Source: Desulfotomaculum sp.
GTDB taxonomy: Bacteria; Bacillota; Desulfotomaculia; Desulfotomaculales; Nap2-2B
NCBI GenBank assembly: GCA_003513005.1
Contig: DOTD01000072.1
Location: 16,108-80,107 of the forward strand
Direction of reading: 5' to 3'
Length of the DNA: 64,000 nt
The first letter of the stretch is position 1, and each line of letters begins with the position of its first letter. The notes under the pieces are model-generated. The model had not been told where the DNA came from, ran no database searches, and was given only the letters and a program-made list of their open reading frames with translations. The translations under genes were made by a program, and so were the position numbers. Shown here one piece after another: positions 56,112 through 64,000 of the stretch.

Positions 56112-58157
56112 CTACTCCTTTAACTCTTCCTCGGTTAACGCAATTTTCAATACATCTTGAACCGTTTTTATAGGGGTGAGCTTTACTGCTTCAAGTACAT
56201 AGGAGGGCAGGTGGCGGGCCTCGTCCAGATTCTCCACCGGCAACAGGACCTCTTTGACCCCGGCGTCAAAGGCGGCTCTTACCTTCTGTTGAATCCCACC
56301 CACCGGCAAGATCTTGCCCATGATGGTAATCTCACCGGTCATGGCTAAATCATTACGCACCGGAACGCCTTTCAGGGCTGATACTATACCTGTAACCATA
56401 GCAACACCCGCTGAGGGTCCTTCTTTGGGTATCCCCATATATGTAGCCAGGACAGCCACGTCATAATTTTGTCTCCATTCTAAGGAAATGCCTAATTTAT
56501 CATGACTGGCTTTGATATATTGCGCTGCTGCTTCAATACTCTCACGCATTACTTTTTGTATGGAACCCAGCGGCACTATTCGCCCATGCCCGCGGGTGGC
56601 CTGCATCTCAAAGCGCATTATGCAGCCGTGGTCTCCGGAAACAGCCAGGCCTACGACCTCACCGACACTTGGTTCGAAAGGCAAAGACACGTTCTGGACC
56701 CTGTCCGCGTCAGGCAGATGAGGAACGCTTTGCTTTCCGGAAGGCAGGATCTTCACGCCAAGTTTTATACGCTCATATTCCCCCTGCGCGATCAGGTGCA
56801 GTTGCTCGCGCACCCGCTGGCGCAATTCGCAGGATAAAAGCAGGATTTCATCCAATTCCTCGTCAGTAACCTGCCCGTCCGGGTAGATAAGTTTGAGCAG
56901 GCCTGAGCTTAACTTCATGACTGCTCTCTGATCGCGGCCGGACACCCCCTGGGCGGTATTCCCCAGGTCAAGGACCTCGAAGCGGTGACGGACACTGCTG
57001 AGCAAATCTATACGCCGCAATTCATGCATAATTTCACAGAAATAATCGGTGATAAAGCCGTAATCCTTAGCATAACTGTCCGGACCCAGTTTGGGTATTT
57101 CCCACCCGGGCAGGTAGCCGTGAATCCGGTCGAGGAAAGCAATTACCTGCATAAAATCAGGCAGCGGCTCAAAGAGATGATAATATTTTTCGTGGGGCAG
57201 CCGTCCCTGCACGTCAATATTCCCCACAAAGACCAGGCTGGCAAAAGCCAGGATCTCTTTCTTGCCCCGGCTGAACTTGGCGTCCTGCATATAGCCCTGC
57301 ATAATGCTGACCAGCGCTTTCGGATCCTGGAAATCGGTATTGGCGATCTCGTCAAAAACCACCGCGTCCCTGGCGCCCACTTCACCGATTTTGCCGTTAT
57401 TAAGATTGATAAAAAGCTGCGCGGGGGTGGCCTTACCTCCCGAAAGCACATGCGCATAGTATGAAATGTTGCGATAAAGATAGGTTTTCCCCGTTTCCCT
57501 GGGGGCCAATTCGATGAAATTCACATTGTTCTCCACCAGGGGAATGCAGCGGGATAAATACAAGAGCTTCTGCCGCCGGCTCATTTTTGACGGAGAGAGG
57601 CCGCAGGAATTGATCAGGATATCAATCCATTGATCAGTAGAAAAATTCCGCCGTTTGGCTATATACTCATCCAGGTTGATAATACTGACCTGAAAAGGAG
57701 TAAAGCCGGTCACCTTGAACGGCCTTATTTTTTTATTGTGAACCTCGGTTTCGTCATAAGTAAGGTCAATCGTGCCCCACATGCCCCCCGACAGCAGCAT
57801 GGGGTATTGATTGACGATCGACTCCGGGATGTTGACGTAGTTCTCGTTGATGGCCGATATGCCGGCCCAGTATTTGTCTTCGGTTTCCACCAGCCGGGCT
57901 TCCAGGCTGGCTATCACCGAATGGCTGCGGTTTTCTCTGATATGGTGGCGTATTTTCTCAGCCTCGGCCCCGTGCACAAAGTTCTCCTTGAGCCGGCGGA
58001 CCACCATGTCCAGATCAGCATAAAAAGTCTCTTCCTGACAGTAATTATCAATCAGGTATTCAACCACATAGCGGGGAAATTCATCCACGCCGGTATTGAT
58101 GGTGTGCGCCTTGTTGACTACTTTGCCGCGGAATATTTCTTTGAGCTCGATGTTCAT
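56112..58157 (-). CDS. brxL: BrxL-type Lon-like protease/ATPase
   Basis: 681 aa with BrxL-like N-terminus ([14 protein letters not shown]), degenerate P-loop [12 protein letters not shown], and C-terminal Lon protease domain [16 protein letters not shown]...[13 protein letters not shown]. Confidence 0.85.
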   Translation of the reverse strand: MNIELKEIFRGKVVNKAHTINTGVDEFPRYVVEYLIDNYCQEETFYADLDMVVRRLKENFVHGAEAEKIRHHIRENRSHSVIASLEARLVETEDKYWAGISAINENYVNIPESIVNQYPMLLSGGMWGTIDLTYDETEVHNKKIRPFKVTGFTPFQVSIINLDEYIAKRRNFSTDQWIDILINSCGLSPSKMSRRQKLLYLSRCIPLVENNVNFIELAPRETGKTYLYRNISYYAHVLSGGKATPAQLFINLNNGKIGEVGARDAVVFDEIANTDFQDPKALVSIMQGYMQDAKFSRGKKEILAFASLVFVGNIDVQGRLPHEKYYHLFEPLPDFMQVIAFLDRIHGYLPGWEIPKLGPDSYAKDYGFITDYFCEIMHELRRIDLLSSVRHRFEVLDLGNTAQGVSGRDQRAVMKLSSGLLKLIYPDGQVTDEELDEILLLSCELRQRVREQLHLIAQGEYERIKLGVKILPSGKQSVPHLPDADRVQNVSLPFEPSVGEVVGLAVSGDHGCIMRFEMQATRGHGRIVPLGSIQKVMRESIEAAAQYIKASHDKLGISLEWRQNYDVAVLATYMGIPKEGPSAGVAMVTGIVSALKGVPVRNDLAMTGEITIMGKILPVGGIQQKVRAAFDAGVKEVLLPVENLDEARHLPSYVLEAVKLTPIKTVQDVLKIALTEEELKE

Positions 58158-60754
58158 GCGCCTCCCTTTTTACGGGCGAGTTTGGCCTGTTTCTGCTCCG
58201 CTAAGCTCGCTGACAAAGACCGGACGCAGACCAGGTAGTCCTCTTCCACATTAACAGCAGCCTCTTCAGAGAAATTGTCCAGGTTCAGCCCGCCCTGCTC
58301 ATAAAGGTACTTGCCCCGGGCATACATGCCGGAGCGCTTGCAGGCCCTGATCCATTCAGCCAGGGTGGCGTCAGAGGCTCTCTCCTTCTCCGGTACCGGC
58401 AGCCCGTTTTCCAGGTAAGACACATAACGTTTGATGCGGCGGCTAACGCCGGAGCTACGGGCTTCCTCCTTGGCTTTTCTCTCCTCGTCAGTGCCCGGCA
58501 AGCGGTAAGCGCCTTCCAGGGTTTTATAGAAATAATCCGGCAGCCAATCAATTAACTGCCGCCTGGGTTTCTCCTTAACGGCATAGATGTAGTGCTCAAA
58601 GAGGTCCGAATAGTGAACGCCCTCCCGGTGCGGGTTATCTTTAAGCCATTTCTTCATAAACTGTGCGAGTTTTTGCGCCGCCGCATCTTCCCGGGCGATC
58701 TCCGGCTCATCTTCCAGCGCCGGGTCGCTTTCTTTTAAGTACCAGTGGCTGCTTTTATGGGCGCCGGATAAATCCGGATCTTCATATTCAGACAGGTTCT
58801 TCCGGACCGGCTTTTTTACCTCATCGGCCACCTGTTTTAACAATTCATCAAAATTGTGGGCTTCCATCTGCCCTCTACGGACCATACGGCTGACCACTTC
58901 GTCGTAAATGCGGTCCTTGCCGCAACCTGGGTGGGCAGAGAGGTAATCGCGGATGATGGAGTGAACTTTTTGGGCAAAGGTGGTCCGATCCTCGTCCTCG
59001 CCTATAATAATTAATTGATTCATTTCACCCGGCTTGGGTTTGCGGAAATTGATCACCAGGTCGCGCTTGTTAACCTTGTCGGCGGTTAGCTGGTTATATG
59101 ACTTCTGCCCGGTATCAATGAATAACGCCCTGTCTGATGCATCGGGGATAAAGCCGGCTTCAGCCATAATATCCTGTACCATTTCCCATGTCCCTTCTGA
59201 GGTATCATGATAGCAAAGAGAAAGCCAGCGACCGGGTTTTAAAACCCGGTAACATTCTGCCATAGCCTGTGACATCATTTCTTTCCAATCATCAACTGTC
59301 TTTCCTCTGATTTCGTTGACAATAATTTCCTCATCGTGCCAGTGGGTATCAAAACCAAGCCAGGCTTCCCAAACAAAGTTGAGTTCACCGTATTGTACTT
59401 TTTCTGCATAGGGGGGATCGGTAAAGATATAATCTACGGTTTCACTAGCTATCATACTGCAGTTACATGCATTTTGTGTTGAAATCATCATCTTATAAAC
59501 CTTAGTATTTTCATTTTGCTTTTGTTGATCTTTTAGTACTTTCTTAATTTTATTTTGATAATTATGCCAGACGTCAACTTCTTGCATTATTTGCGGAAGA
59601 TAATATGTTCCCTCTAAAATATTTGTTGGAAATGATACATCTGGCCTAAACCTATTCATTCTACTCATACCTAACAATATCGCGGAAAAAGAATATAACA
59701 ACGGCCAATTACTATTATTGAGATCTGAAATCCCATCTCTTATCGCAGCTAGCGCCCACAAATTACGCCGTGTAAAAAGCTCATCCACCGTACGGAAATT
59801 CCGCCCAGGCCGCCATTCTGCACCCCAGCATTCCTGCTCCTCCGGGGCGTGCATCATACGGTCTGTGGGATACCAGTGCGGTATGGTTTTACCCTCAATC
59901 TCCCTGATTTTAGCCAGATCATACCGTTCAAAGTAATCTCTTTTTACCGGATCAGAATCGTTGTACCGCCTTTCATCCCGCTTCGGCTTACACCCGTTTT
60001 CACACTGATAACTGACCAGCACGGGCATGGCGCCGAACCTCTCCCCCGTTGTCTTGATCTCCTCTACCCGGTCCTTCTCATAGCAATGAGGACAGGCCTT
60101 TATTTTCTTAGGCTTGCCTGCCTGCGTCAGCCCTTCCAACTCAATACAGTCAAAAAGCGGTATCTTTTGCAGGCAGCGCGGGCATTGAAACACCTGCGAA
60201 TAGACGGTGTAGCCGGTGGTCGCCTTTCCTCCGCAGCGGTCGCACCTGGTCTCGTAAAGCCAGTCGATTTCCGGTTTCACCTTGGCCTTCAATTTTTCAA
60301 AAGCCTCTTGCAATTCATCTGCATCCACCGGGGTGCAGTAGTTTTTGGTAATGAAGGTAGCCGCCGGGCTGCGGTCGATGGCAATGGTTTTCCGCCCTTC
60401 CATCAGCGCGGCCAGGGCCGTTCCGCCCGACCCGCAAAAGGGGTCCAGCACTAGGTCGCCCGGCTTTGTATAGTGCCTTATGTACTGGCGGATAGCGTCA
60501 TGGGGCTTTTTTGACCAGTAGGTGTGCATGTTATAGATAGCTGTGGCTTTGGTCGTGTCGATCGGCCGGTCAAACGCCGGGATGTCATAGTCATCGGATT
60601 CCGGATCGTAAGGGTTTTCTTTTAAATGCTGTTCCACAAAAGCTTTTAAATTAGGGTTGGGCTGATCTCCCGAGTAATAGCCCTCCGGCAGGACAACAAC
60701 TTCTTTCTTGAAAAAGCTCTGCTGCTTTGCGCTATACGAGACCTTCTTCGGCAT
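58154..60754 (-). CDS. DNA methyltransferase, PF01555/COG1743-like with Zn-ribbon insert (PglXI-like rather than PglX-like)
   Basis: 866 aa with [10 protein letters not shown] (aa 103-112), Cys pairs CDRC/CPRC/CPHC/CENGC (aa 171-255) and IFTDPPYAE (aa 443-451). ATGA overlap with brxL. Confidence 0.8.
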   Translation of the reverse strand: MPKKVSYSAKQQSFFKKEVVVLPEGYYSGDQPNPNLKAFVEQHLKENPYDPESDDYDIPAFDRPIDTTKATAIYNMHTYWSKKPHDAIRQYIRHYTKPGDLVLDPFCGSGGTALAALMEGRKTIAIDRSPAATFITKNYCTPVDADELQEAFEKLKAKVKPEIDWLYETRCDRCGGKATTGYTVYSQVFQCPRCLQKIPLFDCIELEGLTQAGKPKKIKACPHCYEKDRVEEIKTTGERFGAMPVLVSYQCENGCKPKRDERRYNDSDPVKRDYFERYDLAKIREIEGKTIPHWYPTDRMMHAPEEQECWGAEWRPGRNFRTVDELFTRRNLWALAAIRDGISDLNNSNWPLLYSFSAILLGMSRMNRFRPDVSFPTNILEGTYYLPQIMQEVDVWHNYQNKIKKVLKDQQKQNENTKVYKMMISTQNACNCSMIASETVDYIFTDPPYAEKVQYGELNFVWEAWLGFDTHWHDEEIIVNEIRGKTVDDWKEMMSQAMAECYRVLKPGRWLSLCYHDTSEGTWEMVQDIMAEAGFIPDASDRALFIDTGQKSYNQLTADKVNKRDLVINFRKPKPGEMNQLIIIGEDEDRTTFAQKVHSIIRDYLSAHPGCGKDRIYDEVVSRMVRRGQMEAHNFDELLKQVADEVKKPVRKNLSEYEDPDLSGAHKSSHWYLKESDPALEDEPEIAREDAAAQKLAQFMKKWLKDNPHREGVHYSDLFEHYIYAVKEKPRRQLIDWLPDYFYKTLEGAYRLPGTDEERKAKEEARSSGVSRRIKRYVSYLENGLPVPEKERASDATLAEWIRACKRSGMYARGKYLYEQGGLNLDNFSEEAAVNVEEDYLVCVRSLSASLAEQKQAKLARKKGGA

Positions 60755-60758
60755 AGTT

Positions 60759-63674
60759 TCACCTTATTTTCTTGGGAGCAAGTCCCAGTATGTTACCTAA
60801 ATGAGTCGGCACGCCGCGGCGGATCACCTGCTCTGAATTGAGCTTAACCAGGAAGACACGGTTCAGGCTCTGCCGGACCGTGCGCAGGCCGTCTTTGTAT
60901 TTTAATTCTATAGTGAGCAGCCTTTTCATTACCCCGTCTATTCTCTCTTGCTTAGCAGCCTCATCGGCGCCCGGCTTGAAACGGTAGATTATTTCACTGC
61001 CGGCAGTCCCCACATATAACACCTGGTGAGCTAGTTCCACCTGATCAGCCGTACTTTTACCGGTATAATACGCGTCCACATCCACCCGCAGCTCAGCGCC
61101 GAAAAGAGCCGGCGCCTTGTATTCCAGCCGCACTCTTACCTCAAGCTCTTCCCCTTCCAAGACTTCGGCCGGTCCGGTAATGGGTCCGGCCATGAGCAGG
61201 CTGTCCGGGCCGGCTTTCACCCGCATAACCACCATCGGTATGATCATTTCCTGGAGAGAGACGCCCCCGTGCGAGTAGGCATCCGGATTGTATGGAGAAC
61301 CCTGCCGTTTGAATGAATAACCAGGGCGCGGGAAGACAATACTGCGGTATTCCTTCTCTATTAACTGGCCCCGGGCTTTTACAAAACGGGTTGACCTGGA
61401 GGGTACCCGCAATTCCTGCGGGGAAAAAGCAATCATATTCGCCTTGAGTTCTTTTTTTAAGTTCACCCGCTCGAAAGTAACCTTGAGCATGGTATTCTGG
61501 TAGCTGCAGTCGATCTGTTCGTTTAGATCGCCGTCGTCAAACCAGACAGGTTTCCTGCCCAGCCGGACAAAGCCGTGATCGGCAGTAATAAAAACCTTGG
61601 TACCAGGCTCCAGGGTGCGCATTATGGCCATAACTTCATGGTCTAAAATATTCTTAATGAGCTGCTGGTAAATAAATGCCAGCGGGCGGGCCGGAACCTC
61701 CCGGCCATCACCCAGGGTCTTTACGTGAATCCCGTGCAGTTCCTTATCGCAAAGCTCAAATATGTATACGTCCAGGTTGCCGCAGCGGTAATGCACTGTC
61801 TCTCCGGTCCCGTGACCCTCCGGGACCACTGCTGCAACATCCCTACGTATCCCCATTTCCCGTTCCAGGCCTTCTTTGAGCAGTTTATCCTCGCCGCTAT
61901 CAGGATCAAACTGGTCGGGAAAGGTTCCCGCGCTGATCGCTTTGCGGGTGAGCTGAGTCTCGGTCGGCAGGATGGAGACAGCGGGGTAATCATGCAGCAG
62001 TTCAAGCTTCTCCGCCAGTGCCGGATAAAGCAATTCCTCCCAGATATCATAACGCATGCCGTCAAATATAAATATTACCGCTTTTTCGTTCTGGGGATCC
62101 CAGTTTGGTTTGAGGCGCCTGCTGATGAACTGGCTGGTCAAAACAACCTCGTCTTTTCCGGCCGCCCAGCGCGGGTACTGCAGCGCGACCAGGTCCTGAA
62201 AGCTCCTGTTGACTGCGTTCAGTTGGTGATACACCTCATCGCTGATTGCCCTGACCCTTTTTTGCGCCCGGGAGAAGGCTTGAAGAAATAACTCAGGCAA
62301 TTCTGTTTCGCGTTTGGGCAAGATGACGCCTGTATCCAGCAGCCGCTCCAGTGATGACAGGTAATACTCCAGCCGGTTTAATTTCTGCTGGTTCCACTGC
62401 TGCCAGTAATATATAAAGCCAAGCTGATCAGGTTTTTTGACACTGATATTTTTAAGCATGCTGAGTAGCTGCCGGCGTAAATGATGAATTTCCACAGCCA
62501 GTTTATAGGCCTCGCTTAACCTGGCCCAGGATTCTGACTGCCAATAATCAGCGAAACATTCGCTTTTTTCGGCGCCGTACAACTGTTCCTTAAGTTTTTT
62601 TATAGCGTCCGGGGACGGTTTTTCACCAAGACAGTCGTCTAAAGCCATCAGCAAGGCCAGGGAACGAAATAGATTGGAATACTTCTCCTTCTCGATAATT
62701 GAGATAAAGCCGGCGGGGGTATCAATGCGCAATTCTTTAACCAGCAGCAGGTCGAGATCTTCCTGATCCAGGCTGCCCTCCGCCTCCTGCGCATCTCTTT
62801 TTGCCTGGTGAGGATCAAGTTTGATCAACCGGGGGGTGGTTTCAGTCAGGACTTTTTCCTCCACCTGCTTAAAACAGGACAGACCGGGATCAATATTGGC
62901 CAGAAGTAAGTTCCATTTATCGGTGTGCTGGGCCAGTATCGCCGACAGGTAGAATCCCGTTACCACCATCTCCGCGTCCTGTTCGGCAAACCAGCAAAAT
63001 GGGGCGGGCGCCTGCAGCAACTGCTGCTTGATGGGCTTTAACACTTCGCCGGTCAGCCGGTCTAAATCCTTCATGGTCTGGTGGCCTAACAGGCCTATGC
63101 GCCAGTAATCTTCACTGCGGAGCTTTTTGAAAGCCAGTTCGGGCAACCCCAAGGCGGCAAAGGCGATAACGGTCTTAAAGTCAAAATCTGTAAAACCCTG
63201 CGTTTTCGCTCTTCTTAAATTTTTATGAGCCCGGACTACCCCGTCCAGGTGGGTAACGATCAGCCTGGCGTAGCCCTGGTCATTGCATAAAGCCGGCCAC
63301 TCCGGATCGCCGGTTATGTCCCTGAGAAACTGGCGGACATCCAGATTTATTCGGGCGTCGTCGGGCGCCGTGGCTAAAAAATCCGGGTAGAACAACGGTG
63401 GAGCGGTACTGTCGCTAATATTACGGAGCCTGTTCAGAGGAGTCCGGTCAACCACCATTATCCGCTGGGCCCCGCTCTCAACCACTGTCTCGTAACACAT
63501 GCGGAAGGCCAGGTTTGTGGCCCCGGTCACCACCACATAAGCCGCCTCGCTGCCAAACTGGTCAATAAGCCTGTCAGCTTTGCCGAGAAGGCCATAGTGG
63601 TCCCTGACCAGAACATGATCGTAGCCCCTGACCATTTCAAGTTTATCTTTAATCCAATCATTCAATAATGTCAT
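60759..63674 (-). CDS. pglZ: PglZ-domain (alkaline-phosphatase superfamily) protein
   Basis: 971 aa with VIFIFDGMRYDIWEE, SILPTETQLTRKAISAGTFP, KVFITADHGF. Confidence 0.85.
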   Translation of the reverse strand: MTLLNDWIKDKLEMVRGYDHVLVRDHYGLLGKADRLIDQFGSEAAYVVVTGATNLAFRMCYETVVESGAQRIMVVDRTPLNRLRNISDSTAPPLFYPDFLATAPDDARINLDVRQFLRDITGDPEWPALCNDQGYARLIVTHLDGVVRAHKNLRRAKTQGFTDFDFKTVIAFAALGLPELAFKKLRSEDYWRIGLLGHQTMKDLDRLTGEVLKPIKQQLLQAPAPFCWFAEQDAEMVVTGFYLSAILAQHTDKWNLLLANIDPGLSCFKQVEEKVLTETTPRLIKLDPHQAKRDAQEAEGSLDQEDLDLLLVKELRIDTPAGFISIIEKEKYSNLFRSLALLMALDDCLGEKPSPDAIKKLKEQLYGAEKSECFADYWQSESWARLSEAYKLAVEIHHLRRQLLSMLKNISVKKPDQLGFIYYWQQWNQQKLNRLEYYLSSLERLLDTGVILPKRETELPELFLQAFSRAQKRVRAISDEVYHQLNAVNRSFQDLVALQYPRWAAGKDEVVLTSQFISRRLKPNWDPQNEKAVIFIFDGMRYDIWEELLYPALAEKLELLHDYPAVSILPTETQLTRKAISAGTFPDQFDPDSGEDKLLKEGLEREMGIRRDVAAVVPEGHGTGETVHYRCGNLDVYIFELCDKELHGIHVKTLGDGREVPARPLAFIYQQLIKNILDHEVMAIMRTLEPGTKVFITADHGFVRLGRKPVWFDDGDLNEQIDCSYQNTMLKVTFERVNLKKELKANMIAFSPQELRVPSRSTRFVKARGQLIEKEYRSIVFPRPGYSFKRQGSPYNPDAYSHGGVSLQEMIIPMVVMRVKAGPDSLLMAGPITGPAEVLEGEELEVRVRLEYKAPALFGAELRVDVDAYYTGKSTADQVELAHQVLYVGTAGSEIIYRFKPGADEAAKQERIDGVMKRLLTIELKYKDGLRTVRQSLNRVFLVKLNSEQVIRRGVPTHLGNILGLAPKKIR

Positions 63675-63683
63675 ACTCTACCC

Positions 63684-64000
63684 CTACTCCAGCTTTAAGA
63701 CAGGTATGGTATCCTCATCGGGCTCCATGCCCGCAAACTGCTTGGCCAGGAAATCTTTGAATTCCCGCGCTATATCCTCTAGCTGATCTTCTTCCACTAC
63801 TGTTACGGAAGGTTTAAAATCAGCTTTTTTTACTACTTTGACCACAATCTCTTTTAAGAAACGGTTGATTGTATCGACAATCGCGGGATCAGCGGCAACC
63901 TCCCGCAGCAAAAGTATCCTCACTTCTTCTACTGTAGAACAAGCCAGTAAAGCGGCGATAATGGGTTCGTTTTCGCCCTGTTGCAGCCTTTCTTTTATTG
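63684..64000 (-). CDS. C-terminal end of a larger upstream operon gene (candidate BrxC/PglY-like, unverified)
   Basis: The reading frame of ORF 63684..63923 stays open to the window edge: ..IKERLQQGENEPIIAALLACSTVEEVRILLLREV... Its stop is 9 nt before the pglZ start. Confidence 0.4.
   Translation of the reverse strand, partial: IKERLQQGENEPIIAALLACSTVEEVRILLLREVAADPAIVDTINRFLKEIVVKVVKKADFKPSVTVVEEDQLEDIAREFKDFLAKQFAGMEPDEDTIPVLKLE

Overview
Chromosomal segment of an anaerobic, endospore-forming Firmicute. The Clostridia-type content includes a complete spoIIIAA-AH operon, an alpha/beta SASP, FabK, an NfnAB-like pair and DapL. Nearly all genes are on the minus strand. They form three conserved housekeeping blocks: (1) ahcY, aldolase, mtnA, mtnP, ftsY, rnc, fabF, acpP, fabG, fabD, fabK, fabH, plsX, fapR, rpmF, yceD; (2) folD, xseA, nfnBA, nusB, asp23 cluster, spoIIIA, efp, pepP, aroQ, pmbA/tldD; (3) fmt, def, priA, coaBC, rpoZ, gmk, remA, yicC, two aminotransferases, dapF. 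Three accessory pieces interrupt them. (a) A decayed region beside tRNA-Pro (13.4-21.6 kb) holds gene fragments, an internally deleted IS4/IS1634-like transposase and the only plus-strand genes. It is followed by an M-box riboswitch controlling an MgtE-N/CBS protein plus an NRAMP-related transporter. (b) A family of hairpin-forming intergenic repeats is densest in the 585-bp xseA-folD spacer. (c) At 55.6-64.0 kb, running off the window edge, lies a tightly packed BREX-like defence operon: PglZ, then a Zn-ribbon PF01555-type methylase, then BrxL, then a truncated ORF cut by an ISAzo13-like remnant. This gene order and composition does not match any BREX type I can recall, and it is my best candidate for something new. 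All calls come from reading the sequence and ORF translations. No database search, covariance model or GC calculation was run.
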